64,000 nucleotides of DNA from Clostridium thermobutyricum (GCA_016842005.1 JAENYD010000001.1:22261-86260), one strand, 5' to 3'; positions 9,076 to 18,757 are shown, counted from the stretch's first letter. Notes: a model not told the origin generated them from the sequence alone. Program-made: numbers and translations.

Positions 9076-11364
9076 TCACTTTTCCCTGTTCAAATACTCT
9101 GCCCAGGTGAGAGGTATATGCAATATGTTCATATCCCTGCTGGATATCCCCTCCTCAGATGAATCTTCGGAATACAGGCCCTTTAATACCTCAATCAGGT
9201 TGCCGGCATCAGGAAGCCTGCCTTCAATCTCCCTTTGAATGTTCATTACAATCCTGTACATGTAAGGCATGTAAAACTCCCCTTCGTACCTGTAAATGTC
9301 GATTACCTGAAACAGCTTATGCACATAATTCTGCGGCACTGACTGTATTATCCTGAAAAGGGTCTTTGTCAATGTCTGGACATCCTCCGTCCTTTTCCAG
9401 AAAAATTCACCCTTGATTATATCTTTTCTGGGTCGTCCAATCTTTTTATTGTGCTTCTCAATTGCAGAGACAGAAGCATCCAGCGTACCTGAATAGAACA
9501 TACAATAGCTATCTTTTTTATACGTGTCAAATTCATTGTTCTTGGCCCTTCCTTCGGCCTTTTTGGAAAGCTCCGCCATTTGATAAAGGGGGAATTTGGG
9601 CTTGTGTATTGTCATGCCTCCCGATAATGTTACATTATCGCCTCCGATGAACTCCCTGAAAGCATCCCTTATATCAAACCCCAACTCCGCTATATCATCC
9701 CACGAGCCGGTGATAAACAGGTCATCTCCCCCCGAATAAACAATTGAGACTTTCCTGCCTTCCTCCTTTCTGTTGCAGACCTCAAATTGATGGTCCAGTT
9801 CTCCGCCACATATCCGGTTAAGATAATACTTGAAAAACAGGTTAAGGTAATAGGAAAGGGCAGCGTACACTTCCAGTCTCCTGTTCTCTGCTCCAATACG
9901 TTTGGAAAACAGGCTTCCCAGGTCATCAACATCCATCCTTAAGGCACCTATCAGCTTGGCTCCCCTTGACAATTCGGCAAAACCGTCAAAGTCAATACTT
10001 CTGTCTTGTAAATCTCCATACGAATAGTTCCCGGCCATTATATTCCCTTTGCATTCCGATGTATAGTCCTCCAGATTGAAGCTGTTCAATGTATAATACC
10101 CTGTACCGGCTTCCTCAGGATTTTCGGACGTTTCAATCCGAAGACTGCTGGCTTCCTTCCCATCTCTTAACTTCACCGTTTCCATGCCCATCCCTATGAA
10201 CCTGTATTTACTGTCCTTGAGCCTTTTGCCCAGGGAAACAAATCTGCTGCACAATGGACATACAGGCCCGTCAAAGTCAGTCGACCCGGTGTGCAATTCC
10301 ATGTTGCCTGAATGGCATACATTGCATTCTTCATACTCCGGGTCTCTTATTTCCAATACCTCGTCCAGCATAAATCTGTATTTTGTGAGTTTCTGACGCT
10401 GCATTCTTTCTGCAAGAGTTGTAAAAGCGGATGATAAGTCCTGGATAGAATTGGCTGTAAGAGATGATACAGGTACGGATACGGTTTCAATTGCCATATA
10501 TATTCCACCTTGGAAGAGATAGAAAAGATGCCTGTTTACATCTTCATATAATTTTCTTATATATTCTCTGGACTTTTCTCCTCCCTTTGCCAATATATAG
10601 AATCCCCCACCACCACTGTATATGAGGCTATATCTTGATAACCCAAGGCGCTCCAGTATCTGCGAGGCAGTATGCTCTACCAGACATTCAAGATAGAAGG
10701 AACGCGCCCTCAAAGTTTTTAAGGCACTTTCTGATGATATGGTGTATATAAAATCCTGTATCCCGGAGAGGTCTGCCCCTATCAACAGGCAATCGTCATT
10801 TTCCTCCAGTACACTTAAAATGGAGATGTTGGTTTTCATCCTATGGTATACCGATATATAGTGCTTGTCTTTTCCCCACGCGATGAAACTTCCATATTTC
10901 TGCATGAAGATGTCAAGTTTTCCTTCGTCGTAATATCTGCATTCACAAAGCCTTTTTACATCTTCTATAAAGTCATTCTTGTATTTGTGGGGCTGTGTAC
11001 TGTTGGAGGTACCGGGTACTCCGTATTCTGATATATACTGCCATGAATAGCATAATTCAGCCTGTTCCACGTTATTAACCGGATTTTTTTCTCTTTCGCC
11101 ATGATTTACAATAGAAAAAACTGTAGCCATATCAGGATATGCGCGGGCGGTGAATTCATCTTTCCCGATAATCTTTTCCATCCTCTGTACAACAGAGTAT
11201 TGTTTATCAAAATTTTTTAACGCATTGTAGATTTCAAGCACATTCTCGTTTTTTTTACTGTCAATTAACTGGTCAAAAAGCTTTATCCCTTCGTCTCCCA
11301 CCATTTCGGCAAGGACCCTGAGATAAAACAGCTGTATACCCATTATTTCATCTCTGTCAATCAT
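9076..11364 (-). CDS. cas10: Cas10/Csm1 (type III-A signature subunit), cyclase GGDD intact, no HD motif seen
   Basis: 762 aa. Palm 1 is ADLSGIQDFIY...LRARSFYL. The zinc ribbon is CNVCHSG...CPLCSRF. Palm 2 is IVYSGGDDLFITGSW. There is no HD dipeptide anywhere in the protein. Confidence 0.95.
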   Translation of the reverse strand: MIDRDEIMGIQLFYLRVLAEMVGDEGIKLFDQLIDSKKNENVLEIYNALKNFDKQYSVVQRMEKIIGKDEFTARAYPDMATVFSIVNHGEREKNPVNNVEQAELCYSWQYISEYGVPGTSNSTQPHKYKNDFIEDVKRLCECRYYDEGKLDIFMQKYGSFIAWGKDKHYISVYHRMKTNISILSVLEENDDCLLIGADLSGIQDFIYTISSESALKTLRARSFYLECLVEHTASQILERLGLSRYSLIYSGGGGFYILAKGGEKSREYIRKLYEDVNRHLFYLFQGGIYMAIETVSVPVSSLTANSIQDLSSAFTTLAERMQRQKLTKYRFMLDEVLEIRDPEYEECNVCHSGNMELHTGSTDFDGPVCPLCSRFVSLGKRLKDSKYRFIGMGMETVKLRDGKEASSLRIETSENPEEAGTGYYTLNSFNLEDYTSECKGNIMAGNYSYGDLQDRSIDFDGFAELSRGAKLIGALRMDVDDLGSLFSKRIGAENRRLEVYAALSYYLNLFFKYYLNRICGGELDHQFEVCNRKEEGRKVSIVYSGGDDLFITGSWDDIAELGFDIRDAFREFIGGDNVTLSGGMTIHKPKFPLYQMAELSKKAEGRAKNNEFDTYKKDSYCMFYSGTLDASVSAIEKHNKKIGRPRKDIIKGEFFWKRTEDVQTLTKTLFRIIQSVPQNYVHKLFQVIDIYRYEGEFYMPYMYRIVMNIQREIEGRLPDAGNLIEVLKGLYSEDSSEEGISSRDMNILHIPLTWAEYLNREK

Positions 11365-11378
11365 TTAATCACCTCCAT

Positions 11379-12230
11379 TTACAAAATTTTGTATTTTATA
11401 CTGCCAAGTCCCATTGAAGTTCCTATTCCGACGCCAATTACTTCGCCTATGGACAGCCATTTGATTAGCTCGTTTTCCTTTGGGGAGAATACCATATATC
11501 CGATATATCCTCCCATTCTCAGTCTTTTTCTTTGTACGGAAGAATATCGTTCCCACCGGACCCATTTCACCTTTTTTTGTTCCACTTTTATACAAGGCAG
11601 ATTCAAAGGCGATATTTGATGGGAACCGCATATGTTGTATGCCTCTTGCAAAAGCTTTAATCTGTTGTGTATTGATTCAATAATTTCATATGGCCCGATG
11701 TTTATCAGAATATTTCTGTTAGCATTCAACCTGACAGGCGTTTGCAGTCTCAGATATATCTTATTGCCACCCGTATATTCGTCAATATCTTCCTGCATGT
11801 CTGGCCCCAGCTCCGGGAGACTTCCGTATAACAGTTCCCCGCTCATCCTGTCATATATATAGTCTATCTTCAGAGTTGTCCTGTTTTTCCCCAGTCCTCC
11901 ATCGGCCAAACCCATAATAGAAAATATAAAGAAACTCCTGTGCTTAACTGCATCCCCCCAAATCTTCAAATTGAATTCCATTCTGCTAACATATCCGTCA
12001 GAATCAGTAGAAAAATCCCCGCTCAAACTGAAAGCCTTTGCATTCATACCATCAACCGACCTGTTGAAATATAAATTGTACAGGCAATTGTTACGTACTT
12101 TGCAAATACTACAATTATTACGGGGAGTAATGCAGGTAATTCTCCTGAAGCAAAGCCTCAATACATTCCGTACCAGAAAATTTACGTCTCTGATTTTCAG
12201 GGTATTGGATTCAGGAGTCATCATAACCAA
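11379..12230 (-). CDS. cas6: Cas6-like RAMP endoribonuclease with N-terminal Cys cluster (type III module)
   Basis: 283 aa. It has the C-terminal glycine-rich loop GVGIGTSMGLGSIKY and an N-terminal C-x6-C-x2-C-x5-C cluster (CITPRNNCSICKVRNNC). It is the first gene of the csm string. Confidence 0.65.
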   Translation of the reverse strand: MVMMTPESNTLKIRDVNFLVRNVLRLCFRRITCITPRNNCSICKVRNNCLYNLYFNRSVDGMNAKAFSLSGDFSTDSDGYVSRMEFNLKIWGDAVKHRSFFIFSIMGLADGGLGKNRTTLKIDYIYDRMSGELLYGSLPELGPDMQEDIDEYTGGNKIYLRLQTPVRLNANRNILINIGPYEIIESIHNRLKLLQEAYNICGSHQISPLNLPCIKVEQKKVKWVRWERYSSVQRKRLRMGGYIGYMVFSPKENELIKWLSIGEVIGVGIGTSMGLGSIKYKIL

Positions 12231-12699
12231 TATGTCATTGTAGATTAGGTTTATGGTATATGCCCCCTCTGATATTTTTTGAAGATAACGATTGAATTAA
12301 ATTTACAGCCTGAATGGTCCGATTAAGATATTCTACAATTATTTAGCAATTCCTGCATTAATTGCCCTAAATATTTAAAAAGTGCCACATTAATTTGGGT
12401 TCCTGAAATATCGAATATTTACCGGGACATAAAAAGCCTATGGCTGCCTATTAACATCAGGTTCCCTGCCATATTTCCTTAATAATAACTCGCCATTATC
12501 AGATACACAGCTTACCCTTATTCCCCTGCTGACCCTGAAATACCCTGCCGGGTTGCCCCCTACCTTAATATTTGTATAGTTGTCATACTGAAGTCCACCA
12601 TCCCTTTTTAAGACTGAACTATCGTCTCCGGATTCTATAAGCAGGCAGGATACTCTGGCAAGAGTCTCCTGCAGATTTACCTTCTCCCTGGCTTCAACT

Positions 12700-12894
12700 A
12701 TGTTATCAAAATCTCTCCGGAATGTATTACTGTATCAGAAAGCAAAGAAAAATCAGCCTGCCTTTAAGAGACTGCAGCGCTGGCGTGCCGGCACTGAAGC
12801 CAGAAACAGCCTGCTTAAAGCAAATAGCTACGGTCTAGGCCGTAGCCGGTCAAAGAAGACCTTGTCAGTCTTCCAACAGGAGGTACAAGAATGA
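12700..12894 (+). pseudogene. C-terminal fragment of a DDE transposase (IS5/IS1182-like)
   Basis: 64-aa ORF ...FKRLQRWRAGTEARNSLLKANSYGLGRSRSKK... It resembles the conserved C-terminal R-x-G-I-E-x-x-I-x-x-L-K...GL-x-R block of IS5/IS1182-type transposases. No catalytic part is present. Confidence 0.45.
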
Positions 12895-12980
12895 AGTTTT
12901 CTCTACTCCCGGTATTCACATCTGGTATGCGCAACCCTGGCTTGAAGGCACATATACCGATTGACATGCTGTTCTACAAT

Positions 12981-14060
12981 TTAGCGGAGACCTGGTTTTT
13001 CTTTCCAGTTGAGCATTATGCCGGTTTCTTCCTGCAAACCGGCTAAAGCTTGGGCTACATCCTTTGGAAGTGCCAGCCCTTTTCCCTTCGCAGCCCTGTA
13101 TTTGCCCCATTCCATCTCGCCAGGATAGTAAATTTTTTCTGTTCCTTTAGCCCTGGCTGTTGAGTGAAGCGTTTCTATCAAGGTTTCCATTCTCTTATTA
13201 AAACGTTCCACTTCTATAAATCTGGACACATCAATTGCAATAAACATCTGAGATACATTATTTTTCTCTTCCATGCTGAACAGCCAACTGGGAACCTCCG
13301 ACAGAATCCCGCCCCCCGACAGCACACCGGTTAAAATCTCAATCATGAGAGCAATTCCGTAGCCTTTATGCCCGGCCATAGGCTGCATAGCGCCAACATC
13401 CGGGTAACCGCCGGGATCAGTAGTGGGAAGCCCGTCCTCGTCAACAATCCAGGTATCCGGAATGGCGCTTCCATCTTTCTTGGCCTGAATAACCTTTAAG
13501 GATGCCACTGTACTCATAGCTATATCAAGAAAAACAGGAGGATAGGACCCGGCAGGCACACCGTACGACATAGGGTTATTGCCTATTACTTTGCCTTTGG
13601 CCCCGGGTATGGTCATATTGGCATCAACATTGCTAAACACGAGCCCTATCATATTTTGTCTGGCAGCCATAACAGCATAATAGCCAGCCGCTCCGAAATG
13701 TGATGCGTTTCGCACCAATGCGGCGGCTATTCCATTGTTCTTGGCTTTCTCCATGGCTAAATTCATGGCTTCATATGCCGATACCATTCCGATTATAGCA
13801 TGCGCGTCTATCAGGGCATAGCCCGGGCCGTCCAGCAGAACCTCAGGGCTTGCATTTAATTCCATGCCTCCCGCGCGGATTTTCCGTATGTAATTGTGCA
13901 AGTTCTTTGTTCCATGGGAATGTATCCCGAAACAGTCTGTTTCACAAAGAACTTCTGCCGTAATCTGTGCATATTCCTGGCTCATTCCCTCTTTTGCCAG
14001 AACCTGAACACAAAAATTATTTAAATCCACCGGATCAATCACTTTTTGATTATCCAACAC
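12981..14060 (-). CDS. Ldh_2 family (malate/L-lactate/2,3-diketogulonate-type) oxidoreductase
   Basis: 359 aa. It has the family hallmark ...CFGIHSHGTKNL... and matches YiaK/ureidoglycolate-dehydrogenase-type proteins in length and pattern. Confidence 0.85.
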   Translation of the reverse strand: MLDNQKVIDPVDLNNFCVQVLAKEGMSQEYAQITAEVLCETDCFGIHSHGTKNLHNYIRKIRAGGMELNASPEVLLDGPGYALIDAHAIIGMVSAYEAMNLAMEKAKNNGIAAALVRNASHFGAAGYYAVMAARQNMIGLVFSNVDANMTIPGAKGKVIGNNPMSYGVPAGSYPPVFLDIAMSTVASLKVIQAKKDGSAIPDTWIVDEDGLPTTDPGGYPDVGAMQPMAGHKGYGIALMIEILTGVLSGGGILSEVPSWLFSMEEKNNVSQMFIAIDVSRFIEVERFNKRMETLIETLHSTARAKGTEKIYYPGEMEWGKYRAAKGKGLALPKDVAQALAGLQEETGIMLNWKEKPGLR

Positions 14061-14069
14061 AATCCCTCC

Positions 14070-14885
14070 CTATACACCCCAGTATGCAGAGAAACCGCCA
14101 TCAACGGGTATAATGGCGCCATTGACAAAGGAAGCCGCATCTGAACACAGCCACAATACCGCCCCGGCAATCTCTTCAGGCTTTCCATAACGCCCCATTG
14201 GTGTTTTGTCCAGTACTTTTCTCCCTCTTTCTGTAGGGTTGCCGTTTTCATCTGTCAAAAGAAATCTGTTCTGATTCGTCAATATAAAACCCGGAGCTAC
14301 AGCATTCACTCTAATATCGGTTGAATAATTCTGGTTGAAATGAACTGCCAGCCACTGGGTAAAATTGGACAATGCAGCTTTAGCCCCCGAGTAAGCTATA
14401 GTTCTGGTCAAAGGGTGATATGCTGCCATGGAAGATATGTTTACAACACACCCTTTACCCGTTTTTGCGAACAGCTCGCCAAAAACCTGTGTTGTCAAGA
14501 CTGTTCCCATTATATTCAAATCAAAAACCCGCTTCAAAGCATCAATATCAATGTCAAAAAAACTCAGTTCCTCTGAAGTTGTAGCCTCTTTTTTGTTCCC
14601 GCCCGCCCCGTTAATCAGGATATCAATTGTACCGTATTTATCCACCACATATTGCCTGGCTTTTTTCAGGCTTTCCAGATTCAGAACATCTACATTACAG
14701 GCGATAGCCCTCCCTCCGTCTTTTTCAATCTCATCAGCCAGAACCTGTGCCTTGTCTCCACTATGACCGAGTATGGCTACTCTGACCCCCTTTCTTGCCA
14801 GTTCCCGGGCCATAACACTGCAAAGTACTCCTGTACCGCCGGTAATGACCGCTGTTTTACCTGTTAAATGGAAGTTTATTCCCAT
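14070..14885 (-). CDS. SDR family oxidoreductase (UxuB/YjmF-like sugar-acid reductase type)
   Basis: It has a TGGTGVLC glycine motif, a YSGAK catalytic Y-x3-K, and the long loop typical of sugar-acid SDRs. Confidence 0.8.
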   Translation of the reverse strand: MGINFHLTGKTAVITGGTGVLCSVMARELARKGVRVAILGHSGDKAQVLADEIEKDGGRAIACNVDVLNLESLKKARQYVVDKYGTIDILINGAGGNKKEATTSEELSFFDIDIDALKRVFDLNIMGTVLTTQVFGELFAKTGKGCVVNISSMAAYHPLTRTIAYSGAKAALSNFTQWLAVHFNQNYSTDIRVNAVAPGFILTNQNRFLLTDENGNPTERGRKVLDKTPMGRYGKPEEIAGAVLWLCSDAASFVNGAIIPVDGGFSAYWGV

Positions 14886-14913
14886 ATCATCCCAATTCCT
14901 TTCTTTAATAGAT

Positions 14914-15672
14914 TTACATAGTCATTCCACCATCAATGACGATGACGCTTCCCGTCATATAGCCGGCTTCATCGCAGGCGGCAAATAACACCGCATGAGC
15001 AATCTCTTCCACGCTCCCCAAGCGCCCCATCGGCTGTCTCTGCATAAAGGCTGACTCCATGGCGGCAGGGTCCGGAGCTGTTCGGATTTTTTCTTCAATA
15101 GCAGGTGTATAGGTGGTCCCCGGGCAAACCACATTGACGCGGATATTATCCTTCACATGGTCGGCTGCAATGGCTCTTGAAAGAGCTATTACTGCACCTT
15201 TGGACGCACAATATACAGCCCGGTCCATATGCCCTTTCAGGCCCGCCACCGATGCAATATTGACAATGACACCGCCCTTTTGCTGCCTTTTCATTTCATG
15301 TACTGCATACTTCGACATAAAAAAAGTACCCTTTACATTTATCCCCATAGTCAAATCAAAATCTTCCTCCGATGTGTTTTCCAAGCACCCGGGGATTACT
15401 ATTCCTGCGTTGTTTACCAAAACATCCAGTCTCCCAAAGGCGTCAACTGTCTTTTTCACGATTGTCCCGGCTGATTTTGGGTTTGACACATCTCCCTGAA
15501 CAAAAACCGCATTCCCACCTTTTTCCCTAATCATATCGGCAACAGCTGCCCCATCTGATTTCGACGAATTCACTCCAATCTTCGCTCCATTTTCAGCAAA
15601 AAGAAGTGCTGTGGCTTTCCCAATACCTCTGCTGGCTCCGGTTATCAAAACAACCTTATCTTTAAAATCCAT
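14914..15672 (-). CDS. SDR family oxidoreductase (FabG/KduD-like)
   Basis: Motifs seen: TGASRGIGK, NNAG, YCASK. I moved the start to the ATG at 15672 (MDFKDKVVLITG...), preceded by GGAGGGGG. The track ORF extends to 15768. Confidence 0.85.
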   Translation of the reverse strand: MDFKDKVVLITGASRGIGKATALLFAENGAKIGVNSSKSDGAAVADMIREKGGNAVFVQGDVSNPKSAGTIVKKTVDAFGRLDVLVNNAGIVIPGCLENTSEEDFDLTMGINVKGTFFMSKYAVHEMKRQQKGGVIVNIASVAGLKGHMDRAVYCASKGAVIALSRAIAADHVKDNIRVNVVCPGTTYTPAIEEKIRTAPDPAAMESAFMQRQPMGRLGSVEEIAHAVLFAACDEAGYMTGSVIVIDGGMTM

Positions 15673-15782
15673 TTTCCCCCTCCTTAATTTTTTATCTATA
15701 CTTTTTGATTTAAACTGCTGGTTTACAGCGCTTTGCAAAGGCCTGAAAGCAGGCCTGAAAGGCTGCAAAAGCTTTGAAATGC

Positions 15783-17066
15783 CTATCTGCCAAACACAAT
15801 ATCAGGCAGCCATGTGCTGAGCGGTGACACCAGCAATATAATTATTATCGAAACCAGGGCAGCTATCCATAGGTATTTGGCTCCCTTAATATAGTCCAGT
15901 ATAGAGCACTTGAATATGCTGCACGCAACATACATGCATACTCCTACAGGAGGACTCAGTAATCCGCAAGTCAGAGTGAGCACCACTACAATTCCGAAGT
16001 GAATGGGATCAACCCCGATCTGCACAGCAACGGGTACCAGAATTGGCGTCAATAACAAAATCAAAACGGTGGAGTCTATAAACATGCCTGCGATTAATAG
16101 AAAAGACACAAGGATGGTCATAATCCCCACGGGGGATTCGGTTATACCAAGCAGAAAATTCATAATCTCTTGGGGAATCCTCTCCCAGGTCAGTGCATAG
16201 CCCAGACTTCCCGAAAAACAAATCAGCATCATAACCATCCCTACATCTAAAATGGTTGTATTCAATGCATCTATGAACTTCTCCCATGTCAACTCTTTAT
16301 ACACCAGCAATCCAACTACGATAGCATAAACCGAAGCGAATGCGCCTGCTTCGGAAGGGGTGAAAAAACCAAAACGCAGAGCAACGATCAATATGACGGG
16401 GAATATTAAAGCCCATATGCAGTCTATAGCTGCTTTCAGCATTTCGCCAACAGATGCTCTTTTTTCCCTTTCCTTTGGGTAGTTGTTTTTCTTTGCCGAG
16501 AACATGACAGCGGCCATCATGGTCAGCGTCATGATAATGCCGGGTATGACGCCTCCGGCAAACAATCTTCCTATTGATACCTCGCCTAAAGTTCCATAAA
16601 GAATAAGACCGGTCCCCGGAGGGATTATCGGTGTTATAATCGAGCTGAAGGCCACAGAACCGGCTGCAAATCCTCTGTCATACTTTTTCTCTTCCATGGT
16701 TGATTGAAAAATGCGGGATTGCATGCTCACATCACCGATGGCTGAACTGGTGACCCCTCCCATTAGTGCAGAAAGCACAACTGTCGTCTGTGCAAGTCCT
16801 GCACGCATATGTCCCGTCAATACACTGGCCAACCGCAGTAAATGCTCTGTGATGCCCGTCTTATTCATTAGATTCCCTGCAAATATAAACATTGGGATAG
16901 CCAGTATGGCAAAATTTTGTGTCTGGGTCAGTGTCAATTGCGCCGGTATTGAAAAATTCAAGGTTTCCTGGCCAATAAAGAATACGAATCCGCTAATCCC
17001 CATTACAAAGGCTACCGGCATGCCCAACAGGAGCAGTACCACAAAGGTTATTACCACAAATATCAT
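15783..17066 (-). CDS. dctM: TRAP transporter large permease (DctM family)
   Basis: 427-aa polytopic membrane protein with a DctM-like sequence. It overlaps dctQ by 4 nt. Confidence 0.9.
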   Translation of the reverse strand: MIFVVITFVVLLLLGMPVAFVMGISGFVFFIGQETLNFSIPAQLTLTQTQNFAILAIPMFIFAGNLMNKTGITEHLLRLASVLTGHMRAGLAQTTVVLSALMGGVTSSAIGDVSMQSRIFQSTMEEKKYDRGFAAGSVAFSSIITPIIPPGTGLILYGTLGEVSIGRLFAGGVIPGIIMTLTMMAAVMFSAKKNNYPKEREKRASVGEMLKAAIDCIWALIFPVILIVALRFGFFTPSEAGAFASVYAIVVGLLVYKELTWEKFIDALNTTILDVGMVMMLICFSGSLGYALTWERIPQEIMNFLLGITESPVGIMTILVSFLLIAGMFIDSTVLILLLTPILVPVAVQIGVDPIHFGIVVVLTLTCGLLSPPVGVCMYVACSIFKCSILDYIKGAKYLWIAALVSIIIILLVSPLSTWLPDIVFGR

Positions 17067-17539
17067 GCTGCTCCCTCCTTAGTGATTAATTTCTTTGTTT
17101 TTAACAGGATTGTCACCAGCATTAGAAGACACCCCAACGGAACCGATATGGTTACCCATGTATAGCTAAGCCAAGGCAATCCGGAAAAACTGCGGTAGTA
17201 GGTGGTTATCGACAGCTTAATCCCATATAGAACCATAATGGATAAGAATGCAATTACTATAATATTATTGATTAACGCAATAATCCTTTGTACTTTCTCC
17301 GGAAACCTTTTTACCAGCACATCTATGCTTACCAGCCTGTCATTTCGCAAAGCCGCGTCCCCGCCCAGAAAAACCGCCCATGCAAAAAGAAAAGTAGACA
17401 CATCTACCGCCCACGATATTGGATGACCAAATTTTCTGCTCATAGCCGAGGTGAAAACCAGAAACGTCATTGTTATCAAGCAATATTTGGCAACACTAAC
17501 CTCCACTCTCCCTATCCAGTTATAAAACTTCATTCGCAA
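17063..17539 (-). CDS. dctQ: TRAP transporter small permease (DctQ family)
   Basis: 158 aa with four predicted TM segments. It sits between dctP and dctM. Confidence 0.8.
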   Translation of the reverse strand: MRMKFYNWIGRVEVSVAKYCLITMTFLVFTSAMSRKFGHPISWAVDVSTFLFAWAVFLGGDAALRNDRLVSIDVLVKRFPEKVQRIIALINNIIVIAFLSIMVLYGIKLSITTYYRSFSGLPWLSYTWVTISVPLGCLLMLVTILLKTKKLITKEGAA

Positions 17540-17622
17540 CCACCTCTTTATTGGTCTCTGCTTCTTTTTATAAACAGGGCTACCGAAGGGTAGCCCCGTT
17601 TATAAAAAGAATTACCCTATGC

Positions 17623-18633
17623 CTATTTTTTGCCGATCTCTTCCCAGATTTTTTGTTTTACATCTGTAAGGCCCAATACTTCATAGGCTTTTTCGCCAGC
17701 TGCCCTGAAAGCTTCTACATCCGGATCCTCATTGATGGTCATGCCTTTGCTTATCAAATCAGCCTTAATTTTATCAATATTTTTTTCCATTTCCCTGGAG
17801 ACTTCCAACCCTGCCTTATCGCACTCTTCGATAAGTATCTGCTGGTACTCTTCCGGCAGGCTGTTGAACCAGTCGGCACTTACCACCTGAAAATTGATCA
17901 AAAGTATGTGGCCGGTTTCATTCGCATAGCTCAGCACTTCATACAGCTTCCCGCCCGGGATATTTGCGTAAACCAGTTCCGCTCCGTCGACGGCCCCTTG
18001 CTGAATCCCACTATACATGTCCCCAAAGTTCATTGCAACCGGTTCTGCTCCCAATGCCCTAACAGACTCCTGCCATATCGGAGGTCCCGGGGTCCTAATT
18101 CTAAGTCCTTTTAGGTCTTCAGGCCTGTCAATTTCAACATTTGTAAAAAAGTGCCTCAATGTTTGCACCCAGTTGTAAGAGATTACTTTTAACCCGTATT
18201 TTTCGACTTCATCAATGTATGCCTGCAAAGTTTTGCTGTCCTTTAGCTTTTCTACTTCTTCAAGGGTCTCCACAAAATATGGCCCATTCATGACGGCGAT
18301 TTCTTTTACGTACATGCCAAGTCTCGCAGCGTCTGTATTATGTCCGATGTTCACCCCTTGCTTTGCCTGCTCAAGCAAGTCTTCTTCAACGCCCAGCTGT
18401 GATCCCGGAAATACTTCAATTATCAGCTTGCCGTTAGTTCTTTCCTTTACAGCCTCGGCCCATTTCAAAAAACCCGCATGAAAAGGCTCTGATGCCGATA
18501 GAACGTGTGCATGTTTAAGTACGTATGTTTTTTCTTCTTCTGCCGCCCCATTGTTTTGGACTTGTCCTTTGCACGCAGCCAATGTCACTGCCATCACTAG
18601 GGCCATGATGATTAGGACAATTTTTTTGCTCAT
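17623..18633 (-). CDS. dctP: TRAP transporter substrate-binding lipoprotein (DctP family)
   Basis: 336 aa with a lipobox (TLAAC) and DctP-family sequence. It is the first gene of the transporter trio. Confidence 0.85.
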   Translation of the reverse strand: MSKKIVLIIMALVMAVTLAACKGQVQNNGAAEEEKTYVLKHAHVLSASEPFHAGFLKWAEAVKERTNGKLIIEVFPGSQLGVEEDLLEQAKQGVNIGHNTDAARLGMYVKEIAVMNGPYFVETLEEVEKLKDSKTLQAYIDEVEKYGLKVISYNWVQTLRHFFTNVEIDRPEDLKGLRIRTPGPPIWQESVRALGAEPVAMNFGDMYSGIQQGAVDGAELVYANIPGGKLYEVLSYANETGHILLINFQVVSADWFNSLPEEYQQILIEECDKAGLEVSREMEKNIDKIKADLISKGMTINEDPDVEAFRAAGEKAYEVLGLTDVKQKIWEEIGKK

Positions 18634-18712
18634 TTTTTATTTACCCCCTTTTGATTTGTATAATATTATGCCCTTTGCTAATATTATACTTTTTTTATTT
18701 TTCAAAAATCCA

Positions 18713-18757
18713 TTTACCTATATGGGTTGGCAGCTGCGTTAAATGGATATAGGTAAA
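18713..18757 (-). terminator. Hairpin plus U-tract downstream of kdgK
   Basis: The 11-nt arms TTTACCTATAT (18713-18723) and ATATAGGTAAA (18747-18757) can pair. On the minus strand they are followed by a T-rich run. The loop is long (~23 nt). Confidence 0.45.

Noticed and set aside
11365-11631. 88-aa minus-strand ORF overlapping the 3' end of the Cas6-like gene
   Set aside because: It is an alternative frame of the same strand inside a better supported gene. It has no RBS and its composition looks basic and random.
12270-12300. GATTGAATTAAAT upstream of the type III cas6, as a degenerate orphan CRISPR repeat or leader remnant
   Set aside because: It is a single occurrence with only a 7-nt resemblance to the common ATTGAAAC repeat end. 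There is no second copy and no spacer periodicity.
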